DNA of 64,000 nucleotides from Candidatus Thorarchaeota archaeon (lineage in GTDB: Archaea > Asgardarchaeota > Thorarchaeia > Thorarchaeales > Thorarchaeaceae): the NCBI GenBank assembly GCA_019057475.1, contig DXJO01000041.1:1-64000 (forward strand). Direction: 5' to 3'. Made by a program: the position numbers and the translations under genes. The notes below the pieces were generated by a model. That model was not told the DNA's origin, made no database searches, and saw nothing but the letters and a program-made list of their open reading frames with translations. Each line of letters starts with the position of its first letter. Position 1 is the stretch's first letter. This document shows, in pieces, positions 1 through 8,674 of this stretch.

Positions 1-213
1 TCTGCAAAGAGTGCGGGTTGGAGATGGACCGCGATCTGGACGCTGCATGTAATCTTGTCGCCGCCAGTTGGACGGAGACAGAAAACGCCTGTGGAGAGGA
101 CGTAAGACTTGTCGCAGATTCAGTAGGATTTGCAGAGCAGACCTCAATGAATCAGGAACCGAACATCAGTCAAGGACATTGATGTCCTAGATTGCATGAG
201 TTTCGGGCAACGG
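1..213 (+). mobile_element. Right end of a tnpB-carrying insertion sequence (IS607-like/IS200-IS605 superfamily); left part lies outside the window
   Basis: Contains the tnpB 3' end, a hairpin AGGACAT-TG-ATGTCCT (173-188) and a terminus GAGTTTCGGGCAACGG ending in GG (213), as in IS607-type right ends. The flanking GNAT ORF loses homology at this point. Confidence 0.7.
3..182 (+). CDS. tnpB: TnpB RNA-guided endonuclease, C-terminal fragment (5' partial)
   Basis: Frame from nt 3 reads CKECGLEMDRDLDAACNLVAASWTETENACGEDVR...TSMNQEPNISQGH*. This is the zinc-ribbon CxxCG plus RuvC-III DRDxNAAxN-like motif and the typical ACG...SMxQE tail. Confidence 0.85.
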   Translation, partial: CKECGLEMDRDLDAACNLVAASWTETENACGEDVRLVADSVGFAEQTSMNQEPNISQGH

Positions 214-523
214 CCACCATGCAGTTGACTACGCAGAGGTCCTTTCCGTCGTGGAAGTTGGAGAGCTCGATTGGCATGTATTCGATGAAGCCGATTGGTT
301 CCTGTCCGTCGTACGCGATTCTAGCGGAGAGACCCCTAGGCACCATCTTTCTCAGCCAATCCGCCTTCATCTCGGCCGCACGGAGCGCAATCTGTTCCTG
401 TTCTGTGAGTCTGGATTCTTTGTCCAAGTCGCGCCTGCCACCGATACAACATGCTTCTGCGATTATCGTGTCATCATCCAGTGGCCTAATCTCAATCGTC
501 ATCCTAACCCGTTTCCGAACCAT
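214..523 (-). pseudogene. YoaP-like GNAT acetyltransferase, N-terminal half, interrupted by the IS
   Basis: KADWL...IGFIEYMPIE...LCVVNCMV resembles YoaP/GNAT N-termini. The ORF runs into IS sequence before any acetyl-CoA-binding GxG motif. Confidence 0.6.
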
Positions 524-586
524 TGAACATATCTGTAAGTTACAGCATCCTTATGCGTATTCTGATTCGAAAAGAGGAGTTATAGA

Positions 587-1294
587 ATGAGCGAATCCAA
601 GAGCCAAGCCATCAGGGTTTTCATTGCTGTACTGCTAGGACTGTTTGTCCTATTCGCGTCAGCTTTCATGGCAATTATCGGAACCGCGTTCATTCCCGAG
701 TCATTCGGATTCCTTGCCGAAATACCCTTTCTCACACACTCGGGTATGTTTGTCCTTTCGACACTCATAATTTGGTTCTTGACAAAGGGGAAACTCTCGG
801 ATTATGGCTTCAAGAAGCCAATCGATGTAGATCTAGCGCGGATTATCATGCTTGCCGTGAGCGTTGGGATCATTGTGGCCCTATTCCGGTCATTTCTTGC
901 AGGAGGTTGGGGAGGCTCTCCAGAAGACTCCTTCAGTATTCAGATTATTATTGGAATCTGGATCTACGCCAGCATCGCTGAAGAGGTCCTGACACGAGGA
1001 TTAGTCCAAGGTCATTTGAAGCTCCTCGCCAGGAAAGGATTGACCATATTGGATACCCGCATTAGTGTTCCAGTGCTCATAGGCGCATTGTTCTTCGCGC
1101 TAATGCACATTGCCATGGTGACGCTGGGAGTAGACCTCGTTTCCGTAGCTGCCACGGTCATTTCTGCATTCGTCGTGGGAATCATTGCGGGTTACTACTG
1201 CGAAAAAACCGAGAGTCTTGTGCCAGCTATTCTGGTTCACATGCTCTTCAATGTGACAGGGTCTCTTGTGTTCTTCCTTAGCGGACTACTCTGA
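587..1294 (+). CDS. CPBP family intramembrane glutamic endopeptidase (CAAX protease/Abi-like)
   Basis: Multi-TM protein with EExxxR (AEEVLTRG), FxxxH (FALMH) and HxxxN (HMLFN) motifs. Confidence 0.9.
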   Translation: MSESKSQAIRVFIAVLLGLFVLFASAFMAIIGTAFIPESFGFLAEIPFLTHSGMFVLSTLIIWFLTKGKLSDYGFKKPIDVDLARIIMLAVSVGIIVALFRSFLAGGWGGSPEDSFSIQIIIGIWIYASIAEEVLTRGLVQGHLKLLARKGLTILDTRISVPVLIGALFFALMHIAMVTLGVDLVSVAATVISAFVVGIIAGYYCEKTESLVPAILVHMLFNVTGSLVFFLSGLL

Positions 1295-1296
1295 TA

Positions 1297-2751
1297 CTAG
1301 AAACCCGTCAGAAGCTTGGATTGTGGGATTCCGTGCCTCTTCAAAATGCCTTGCAGAGTGCCATCCAGCCGCTCTTCAGTTTCTTGTGGGAGAGGAGTAG
1401 GAACATGTTCACTGAGTAGACGGTTGACGTTCTTGCGAGCCCTCTCGAATGCATCTTTCGCACCCGCTTCCTTCCAAGATTCAGGCGAGAGTCTGCAGAA
1501 GATGTCCGATGGGATGAAGAGCTCCTTCCTGAAGTGCACCCTTGTGTGCTCCTGTTCCAGAAAGTAGCCTCCTGGACCCACACTCTTGATTAGGTCTACC
1601 GCCAGGTCAGAACTCTCCAGTCTGACATCCTCAATGAGCCTGTAAGCTACGCCGCATAGTTCGTTGTCAATCACAAGCTTCTCGAGAGATTGACAATTGA
1701 CAGAAGCAAGCATCCCCGGCCCTGATACCACATTGATTCTAGCCAATGCGCCGAGAGCTATTCCTAATCCCGACTCATAGCCACTCTGTGCGTCCACAGT
1801 CTTTGAATCGCTGACACCCAAGTACGCTTGTGTGGGTATCCCATAGTGCTTTCCTATCTCAGCTGACGCACAGGCAACCATCATCGCTTCTACAGCTCCA
1901 AGACATGGTGTAGCGTGTCTCATGTCAAGTACCATTGGCGCTGCTCCGTAGACGACTGGACTGCCTTCACGTACAAGCTGTGAAATCACTACACCACTAA
2001 GAACCTCTGCATTGGACTGCACAAGGGTTCCCGTCACAGTGACAGGGCTCGTGACCCCCATTTGCGGTGCAGGAACTATCTCAGCAGGGACATCGTGTTT
2101 GCTGCAGTCAATGAGATTCTGAGCAGTGACATCGCTCCACATCAGAGGCGAAGATGGACAGCAGTCAAAGATAGCCCGAGGTTTGCGAGCCAGATCTTCA
2201 GGTGTGCCTGCAACAGCCTCCAGCATCCGTATCATATCTAGGAGACCCTCCGTGGAGAAGGCTCCAGTCACGATGGGCTTGGTGGAGTTCCTCAGAATAA
2301 CATACAGCCTATATAGGTCGGATATCGTGTCGGGAACATCCCCGGGAACTACTGCTGTGCTTTGTGCTTGCAGGTACTCCAGTCCATCGACTAGCTTTAC
2401 GAGATGAATAAGATCATCCAATGTTGCCCTTCGCATCTCTCCGGTTGTCCGGTCCAAGAACTGAAGGGCGGTCGACCCAGGATTGTAGATGACTTCGTCG
2501 CCACCCACAGTGAAACATCTGTCACCTTCTCGTGTGCAAAGCTGGAATGAACTCGGCACCTTCTCGAGAGCGTCCTCCACAAGATTGGGGGGTATCTTGA
2601 CAATGTTGGAATCGATTGTACATCCTGCGTCTTCAAGATTTCTCAATGCATTGCTGTTTTTCACTAGGACCCCTGTTCGCTCTAGCACTTCAAGGGAGGC
2701 CATATGGATGCCATCAATGTCATCCTTAGACAGGATTCTGATTCTTGTCAT
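1297..2751 (-). CDS. Trimethylamine methyltransferase (MttB) superfamily protein, non-pyrrolysine type
   Basis: 484 aa with IHxASLEVLERTGV, SSPL, TSPVTVTG, SDSKTVDAQSGYE, GML...SLEKLVIDNE and VGPGGYFL. No in-frame TAG. Confidence 0.9.
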   Translation of the reverse strand: MTRIRILSKDDIDGIHMASLEVLERTGVLVKNSNALRNLEDAGCTIDSNIVKIPPNLVEDALEKVPSSFQLCTREGDRCFTVGGDEVIYNPGSTALQFLDRTTGEMRRATLDDLIHLVKLVDGLEYLQAQSTAVVPGDVPDTISDLYRLYVILRNSTKPIVTGAFSTEGLLDMIRMLEAVAGTPEDLARKPRAIFDCCPSSPLMWSDVTAQNLIDCSKHDVPAEIVPAPQMGVTSPVTVTGTLVQSNAEVLSGVVISQLVREGSPVVYGAAPMVLDMRHATPCLGAVEAMMVACASAEIGKHYGIPTQAYLGVSDSKTVDAQSGYESGLGIALGALARINVVSGPGMLASVNCQSLEKLVIDNELCGVAYRLIEDVRLESSDLAVDLIKSVGPGGYFLEQEHTRVHFRKELFIPSDIFCRLSPESWKEAGAKDAFERARKNVNRLLSEHVPTPLPQETEERLDGTLQGILKRHGIPQSKLLTGF

Positions 2752-2978
2752 TGTCCCGCGATTTCACCTTCCGTACAAGCAAGTGCTCAAAGACCCCGGC
2801 AGAGGTAAGCATGTTAGCCTGTGAAGGCATTTAACCATTTCAATGGACCTACACTCGGTCGAAATGTAGCGCCGGACCTTATCATCCCCCTCTTGTTATT
2901 GATAGGTGCAGTTGTCAAAGAGATTTTGTCAAGAAACTGTTTTAGCAAATTCACCCGTATTGGAGTAGGTGAATTGTA

Positions 2979-3518
2979 TTGAACAAGGAGGTTGAGGCGA
3001 TCATCTTTGATGTGCTTGCTCATCCAGCAAGACGTGACATCCTGAGGCTAGTGGCCTATGGAGATGATGGAGCATCGTATACTGAGGTCCTCAGCGAACT
3101 TGGCCTGTCAACCGGGAAACTCAACTATCACATCAAACAACTTAATGGATTTATTGAGAAGAATGAACACCTGCGATATACACTCACACCCCTTGGCATG
3201 GCATCAATGGATCTGATGCTATCGCTTAAGGAGAAACCCACCAACGATTTTGGCAAGTACCTGAAGGTAAGAAAGCCCGTTTCTCTGATGCCTGCGATGA
3301 GGTGGATGGCATACATTCTAATGTTTTCACTTACGATTCCAATCTTTTTTACCGGAGTGCAACTCTATGAGAGTCTTCTGAAGGGCGGCCCCATTAAGGG
3401 TGTGCTATTCCTGTTTGCCGCCTTGGCCAGCGGGATAGCCGTCTTCGCTTGGATAGTCTATATGGTGAAGAACGCCCCGGAGCTCCTAGAGCATCTGGAG
3501 AAGAGGTTCTATGGGTAG
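2979..3518 (+). CDS. ArsR-type winged-HTH regulator with two C-terminal TM helices
   Basis: IFDVLAHPARRDIL...LSTGKLNYHIKQL...YTLTPLG, followed by two hydrophobic segments. Confidence 0.8.
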   Translation: MNKEVEAIIFDVLAHPARRDILRLVAYGDDGASYTEVLSELGLSTGKLNYHIKQLNGFIEKNEHLRYTLTPLGMASMDLMLSLKEKPTNDFGKYLKVRKPVSLMPAMRWMAYILMFSLTIPIFFTGVQLYESLLKGGPIKGVLFLFAALASGIAVFAWIVYMVKNAPELLEHLEKRFYG

Positions 3519-3701
3519 GTCTGCGGATTCTGATGGCACAGTTGGTTGGAGAGCTGGATTCTCACAGCCCACCGATGGCTTGTCGAACGATGCGGCTGGA
3601 CCAGTCGAGCAGCCGAAAAATGTTCGGTACCTCTTAGCTCTGGGACATGTTATCCTCTTCGCGTCTTTGACTTGAAGAACACAGCTTCATCTCACCAGCT
3701 A

Positions 3702-3902
3702 TCATGCTATCTTCTCAAAACTCACTTCCAGTACAGAACCGCAATAGGGACACTCTAGGTTTGTAGGTCCAATCCACTTCACTAATCTCTGGTCTATCCG
3801 ACCACCACAGTGTGTGCATTTCTGTGGAACTCGAGGCATAACTAATGTGGAGCTTGCATGTGTTGTACTTGCTCCAGGATTGGTCACATTTTTCTTCGAC
3901 AT
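3702..3902 (-). CDS. Small zinc-ribbon protein
   Basis: CTHCGG...CPYCGS (two CxxC pairs); start taken at MSKKNV. Confidence 0.6.
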   Translation of the reverse strand: MSKKNVTNPGASTTHASSTLVMPRVPQKCTHCGGRIDQRLVKWIGPTNLECPYCGSVLEVSFEKIA

Positions 3903-3924
3903 ATTCCTTCTTCGTTTTCCAAGT

Positions 3925-4257
3925 TTAGGTCCACAACCCATCTATATTCCTCCTCATTGAATTGCAGCATTGGTGGGTGTTCGCATCTGAGTACCAAAAG
4001 TGGAAAGCAGGCATCTCTCTGTTTGCCAAGACCGTGATGATGTCTATAGATATCCAAATGGACTCATCGTCGCTCGCATACCCTGGCATATGTTCCAGAT
4101 GATCCATCATTCCCGGAATCCCGGGCATCCGTGGCATGTACGGCATTCCTGTCGAATCAGTTTCATCTGACCCATGTGCATTCACCGGAAAGGCTGCAAC
4201 CCCGATTATAAAGAGCGACAACATGAGGAATACAATAAGATTCGCTTGTATTCTCAT
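3925..4257 (-). pseudogene. Probable truncated secreted protein (signal peptide plus N-terminal fragment)
   Basis: Signal peptide (…VAAFPVNA), Met/Pro-rich stretch and WISIDIITVLANREMPAFHFWY, then an abrupt low-complexity end. Confidence 0.4.
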
Positions 4258-4397
4258 GGTCTATGCACCATAACCGTTTCGCAACAATTAGTATATAATG
4301 ACTCTGAACGAGGACACATTCTTATCAAGGACAAAGAGGCCTATTAGCTGATTACGTGGTGTTTAATGGTTTATGGATTCTTTAAACGGTTGAAGGG

Positions 4398-4485
4398 GGG
4401 CGCCCCTGGAGCTTCACACCGTACAACCAGCTTTGGAAGGAGGTGAACTCTTCCACAACAGTACAAGAAGCCCTCCATGGCGCCC
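4398..4485 (-). ncRNA. Candidate ~88-nt structured small RNA (long interrupted hairpin)
   Basis: Nested stems: GGGCGCC/GGCGCCC (4398-4404/4479-4485), TGGAG/CTCCA, CTTC/GAAG, GTAC/GTAC, TGGAA/TTCCA, GAG/CTC. A TATA-like ATTAAA sits on the minus strand ~25-30 nt upstream (4510-4515). Strand is inferred. Confidence 0.45.
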
Positions 4486-4543
4486 GTATACGTTCAGACC
4501 AAGTGACTCTTTAATCTTATTGTACTTCGTCGTTTCACGTGCG

Positions 4544-4804
4544 TCAGCGGCGCCTGTGGCTCTTCGGCCGTCTAGTTCGTTCCCAAGCCTTCTTGATGTG
4601 ATGTGCCCGATGCTTCTTCTGAGATGAGAATACTCTCAAATTCCTCATGCGATTATCCATTTTGATCCGATTGCTATGATGGACAACCTCGTCAGGTCGC
4701 AATTTGCGGCCAAGCTTCTTTGCCGCAGCCCACCTATGGACAAGATTCCCTGAATTTATGAAGCGGAGATATCCGTTCGAATCCCTGTAGGTCTTTCGTC
4801 CCAT
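4544..4804 (-). CDS. Minimal free-standing HNH endonuclease (HNH_3-like)
   Basis: NGYLR...VHRW...LGRKL..DEVVHHSNRIKMDNRMRNLRV...H..HH, an 86-aa basic protein. Confidence 0.8.
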   Translation of the reverse strand: MGRKTYRDSNGYLRFINSGNLVHRWAAAKKLGRKLRPDEVVHHSNRIKMDNRMRNLRVFSSQKKHRAHHIKKAWERTRRPKSHRRR

Positions 4805-6449
4805 GCCTGACCAAGTTGACGTGAATCTTAAGGATGTTCTTCACAGGGCGCCAAAGATATGGGCTTGTATCTTCGTCAGACCGCGAATTTGCTGGACCAG
4901 AACGGTCAGGTGCCGCTTCAATGAATGTAGCTAATTTGGATGAAGCAGGTGCTGGAATCAAAGTGGTGTTCCACTGGACGAACATATCCACAGAGTAGTG
5001 ATCCGATCCTGTGTTAGCAGAGAGGGTGTCACCGCAGGTTGAGTTGAGAAGCTTGTCGACGAAGAAGGAGTTGACGATTATGTAATCTATGCGTGACAAG
5101 TAGGAGGGGTTCTGGTGTCCGAAGGAGTAACCCGGGTCGGTCGGATTCAGAATCCTGAATACATCGATGAAATTGTGCACTGTTGATGAGTATATGCCAT
5201 AGGTCGAGTCATCTGGATACAACATCATGGTCATAGGACCATAGCCTAGGTCACCACGCGGTGCAAGATCCCCTGTGTCGTCCGGAGAGAACGAATTCTG
5301 GTCGCTGAGATACATTATCGGGACATCTCCCAAATCGTCCATGTAATTGATGATGCCCTCTGTTTCTCTCTCACGTCTCCACTCGTTGTTGCTCCCGCCC
5401 ATGGCCTTGAGGTGTGCTCCAAAAACATGTACATTGGTGCCTTTGATGTTAACTACTGCTTCAATGAAGTCGTGCGTGACATCATAATCTGAACCATCAT
5501 CCAGTGGAACAACCGGAATCTGATTGAAGCTGACAACAGGAAAGCGACTTAGGATTGCCTCTCCACTTGTGTAGTAGTAAATCCATTGGGCACAGTACCC
5601 GACATATGGCGATTCATTGACGAAGTAGGCGTTGAACTGATTGACAATTGCATCTAGGGTGGAATTCCCGTTGTCATCGAAAGCTCCAGTTTCTTCGAGA
5701 ATGAGAATATCTGGATTCTCCTCCCAAACCACGTGTTTCCAATCTGGATTGAAACCAGATTCTTCTATGTTGTACGTCATGACCTTGAAAGTGCCGCTGA
5801 ATGGCTTGATCGTTGATTCAACATTGTCCACGAGCACTTCTATACTGTCAGAGTCCGTCAATCCGTTGCTATCAGTCACTTGAGCGCGTATCGTGTGCAA
5901 TCCTTCTATGTAGACAGTTGTGTTCCAGTCATAGGTGTTAGCGGTGATCAAGTAAGAGTCGTCGATGTATATGTCCGCAATAAGGTTCTCTTCATCGGTC
6001 ACAGAAACACTGATTGTGGTCGTGTTAGATACAACTCGACCATCGTGAGGGCTGCTGAGCGAGATTCGAGGGGCGCTGTTGCTATCACCATTATCTACAG
6101 ACACGGAGATTGTGTGCTCACCCCAATTCTCAGATGTGTCCCTGGCACGGCATCTCACTGAGTGTGCTGTGTTACTCTCAGTAGTGGTATCCCATGTATA
6201 CGACTGCGTTGTTGATTTCAGCTGGTCATCAATGTAAATCTCGTACATCTCAATTGGATTTTCATCTGTCGCATTGAAAGTGATCACGACTGAACCTGTA
6301 AGCACCTCACCGGGACTTGGTGTGGTAATCGTCACTACCGGAGGCACATCATCCCGAGCTAGTTGATTATTGTGCACAAGAAGCACAAACGCAACCGAAA
6401 CCACCAGACAGATCACTACTATGACAAGGAACGATGTTCTACGATTCAA
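4734..6449 (-). CDS. Membrane-anchored/secreted endonuclease-exonuclease-phosphatase (EEP) with two Ig-like (Big_7-type) domains
   Basis: N-terminal TM, two 'P.V.I.SP..G' Ig repeats, then VMTYNI, PDILILEE, HLK, SDQN, RIDYI and SDH motifs. Confidence 0.85.
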   Translation of the reverse strand: MNRRTSFLVIVVICLVVSVAFVLLVHNNQLARDDVPPVVTITTPSPGEVLTGSVVITFNATDENPIEMYEIYIDDQLKSTTQSYTWDTTTESNTAHSVRCRARDTSENWGEHTISVSVDNGDSNSAPRISLSSPHDGRVVSNTTTISVSVTDEENLIADIYIDDSYLITANTYDWNTTVYIEGLHTIRAQVTDSNGLTDSDSIEVLVDNVESTIKPFSGTFKVMTYNIEESGFNPDWKHVVWEENPDILILEETGAFDDNGNSTLDAIVNQFNAYFVNESPYVGYCAQWIYYYTSGEAILSRFPVVSFNQIPVVPLDDGSDYDVTHDFIEAVVNIKGTNVHVFGAHLKAMGGSNNEWRRERETEGIINYMDDLGDVPIMYLSDQNSFSPDDTGDLAPRGDLGYGPMTMMLYPDDSTYGIYSSTVHNFIDVFRILNPTDPGYSFGHQNPSYLSRIDYIIVNSFFVDKLLNSTCGDTLSANTGSDHYSVDMFVQWNTTLIPAPASSKLATFIEAAPDRSGPANSRSDEDTSPYLWRPVKNILKIHVNLVRHGTKDLQGFERISPLHKFRESCP

Positions 6450-6679
6450 GCTGACTGCCTCTGCCTTACATGGCGAATTCCATCGGATGGTATTTCTTAT
6501 TGTGCCTTTATGAGGGGATACTGAGAAGCCACCCCAAAACGATGACGCCTTGCCAAATTCAAGAATTCAGCTCCTTTAATCTGATTCATATTGGCAAACC
6601 GTGCACTGACTTCAATTCTGGCAGGTCCCCAGTAACGCAGATAAGTGGAACTCGGTAGAAAATGACACGGCGAGAATAG

Positions 6680-7141
6680 ATGAAGAAAGCTATCATTATC
6701 TACGAAAGCCTTTACGGAAACACGAAGCGGGTTGCCCAAGCAATCAAGGACGGCATGGAACAGGCTGGGGATGTTGAGTGCTCAATTCGGAAAACCAGCG
6801 AAATCCACACAAATGACCTGTTGAGGTATGATGCGATTCTGTTTGGTGGTCCCAACCATAATCAAGAGCCTGCGCGAAACATACTGAAGTTTATTGATCG
6901 AGCTGCAATAGTAGACCTGAATGGAAAGATTGGTGCTGCCTTTGACACATATACGGGCGGCAATATTGGTATCGCAGTTGCCAAGTTGGAAACCATAATC
7001 CAAGAGAAGCTGTCAGGTATGGAGTTGGTGGTTGATGGATTCTCTGCACTAGTTGAAGATAGAAAAGGACCACTCGCCAATGAGGAGATTCCGAGAGCAA
7101 CAGAGTTCGGTGCTTTAGTAGGTCGCAAGCTGCAAATCTGA
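6680..7141 (+). CDS. Flavodoxin-like protein
   Basis: IIYESLYGNTKRVA FMN-binding loop, YDAILFGGP and GKIGAAFDT. Confidence 0.9.
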   Translation: MKKAIIIYESLYGNTKRVAQAIKDGMEQAGDVECSIRKTSEIHTNDLLRYDAILFGGPNHNQEPARNILKFIDRAAIVDLNGKIGAAFDTYTGGNIGIAVAKLETIIQEKLSGMELVVDGFSALVEDRKGPLANEEIPRATEFGALVGRKLQI

Positions 7142-7220
7142 TTGTATTCCTGTTGCAGCAATCTATTATCTAGTCAATTCATAAGCAACGTAACCCCATA
7201 CAGATTGTATAATCAGTTCG

Positions 7221-7787
7221 GTGGTTAGGTCGATGCGTCAGAAAGAGGTGTTGGTTGCCAGCATCGTTGGAATAGCCATGTTCATCACAGACCTGAAGTT
7301 CAGCTGGCTCTCCATGTATCTGGGAACTATTCCTGGGTTGTTTGTAATTGCTTTTGTTGTCGGAGTGCTGGCAACAGACATTGGAGGTGGGCTCCTGAGC
7401 GCCTTCGTGGCCCTAGTAGGAGGTGTGGCAGTATCGGGTGCCTTCTTTTCCTACCTGTTCCCAGAGTACTGGAATCCAGAAACTACTCTCGCAGGCGTAA
7501 TCCTGTTTGTGGTAGTCTATTCTGTTAGGAATCTGTTTCCCGACGAAGAGATGTCCCCTGCTGAAGCAATCGGGATGTTTATTGTAATGTTGGTCCTCAC
7601 TCCAATGGCATATGGATTCTGCATGGTGTTGGGAGCCATTGGTGGCTTTGTGGGAAGGCTTCTCAGAGAGAATATTATTGAATCAAGAGGGTGGCAGCCG
7701 CCAGCCCAGGTAGATGAAACTCCAACTGAAGAGGCCCCCGTAGAAGAAACATCCCAAGATGAACCAGCTTTCACCGTCGGCCCATGA
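7221..7787 (+). CDS. Hypothetical multi-pass membrane protein
   Basis: About five hydrophobic segments and an acidic C-terminal tail. Confidence 0.7.
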   Translation: MVRSMRQKEVLVASIVGIAMFITDLKFSWLSMYLGTIPGLFVIAFVVGVLATDIGGGLLSAFVALVGGVAVSGAFFSYLFPEYWNPETTLAGVILFVVVYSVRNLFPDEEMSPAEAIGMFIVMLVLTPMAYGFCMVLGAIGGFVGRLLRENIIESRGWQPPAQVDETPTEEAPVEETSQDEPAFTVGP

Positions 7788-7826
7788 TTCATAATCAGAT
7801 TATTGCAGGTGCGGATTAAGCAAGCA

Positions 7827-8282
7827 CTAGAAATCAAGGCGAATTGTTTCCCAGCGAACCCGCCCCGCGTCCACAGCTTCCTTGATCCTACGTTCAGTCT
7901 TGCTGAGCCTAGCGTTACCTGTCTTTACATCTGCCAGAATCACGGTAATCGGTTCGTCTGAGTTCAGGTCCTTCACTGCGGTATAACCATCGAAGATTAG
8001 GTAGTCTATGGGCGCTCCGATGAACCTTGCATCTGATGGGTCGTACTTGAAAATGTCACTCAAGAGAGGGACCATGTGTTCAGCAATCTTTCCCTTGAGT
8101 ACATAGCGGCTACGATCTGCAGCGTCTTTCCTAATCCCCTTCTCCTGTTCAGCCCAGAGCTGTCTGAACTCGGCCTCAACCAATGAGATGCGATGCCTGA
8201 AACGCGCACTCATGGCAAGATACACAATCAGTGTGAGGAGCAGTCCTACAGCAAGTCCGAGCAGGATGTCTTCGAAAGCCAT
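7827..8282 (-). CDS. Holliday junction resolvase-like PD-(D/E)xK nuclease (Endonuc_Holl) with N-terminal TM
   Basis: SRYVLKGKIAEHMVP, DARFIGAPIDYLIFDG and DVKTGNARLS...G.VRWE. Confidence 0.85.
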   Translation of the reverse strand: MAFEDILLGLAVGLLLTLIVYLAMSARFRHRISLVEAEFRQLWAEQEKGIRKDAADRSRYVLKGKIAEHMVPLLSDIFKYDPSDARFIGAPIDYLIFDGYTAVKDLNSDEPITVILADVKTGNARLSKTERRIKEAVDAGRVRWETIRLDF

Positions 8283-8674
8283 ACAGTACTAGTCTAACCA
8301 AGCTATTTATGCGCGGGTAATAGACAGCTGGTACGAAAGGTGGTCATACCTGGACAATTCCATTGTGGGCTTTATATGGAGCAATACGACTTTGATCTCT
8401 GAGGAATATCACGCACCTGTAAAGGTTCCTCACGGAGTAGTCCAGTGCCGTTTTCTGGACGTACTAGACTTCGGTGTCCAACTTTGTACAACTTACAATG
8501 AACGGAAATCGGAGAACTATACGAAGCAGGAATACCTCGCATCGATTAAGAATCGTGATTATTCGTTTTTTGAAAGGTTGGTCGGATGCAACTGGAAGTG
8601 CGACATTTCGATAGCAAACACCGATGGTGCATCTCTTAAGTGACGGTTTCACAGGATTGCGAGGTGGAATCGAG

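Noticed and set aside
1297-2751. Pyrrolysine recoding in MttB
   Set aside because: The ORF is full length without an internal TAG; the terminal TAG is at the normal C-terminus.
4398-4485. tRNA-Sec, SECIS or H/ACA RNA
   Set aside because: No T-loop or cloverleaf, no AUGA/GA quartet, no adjacent UGA-interrupted ORF and no correctly placed 3' ACA box.
6503-6636. Possible degenerate MITE upstream of flavodoxin
   Set aside because: The putative TIRs match poorly and no target-site duplication is visible.
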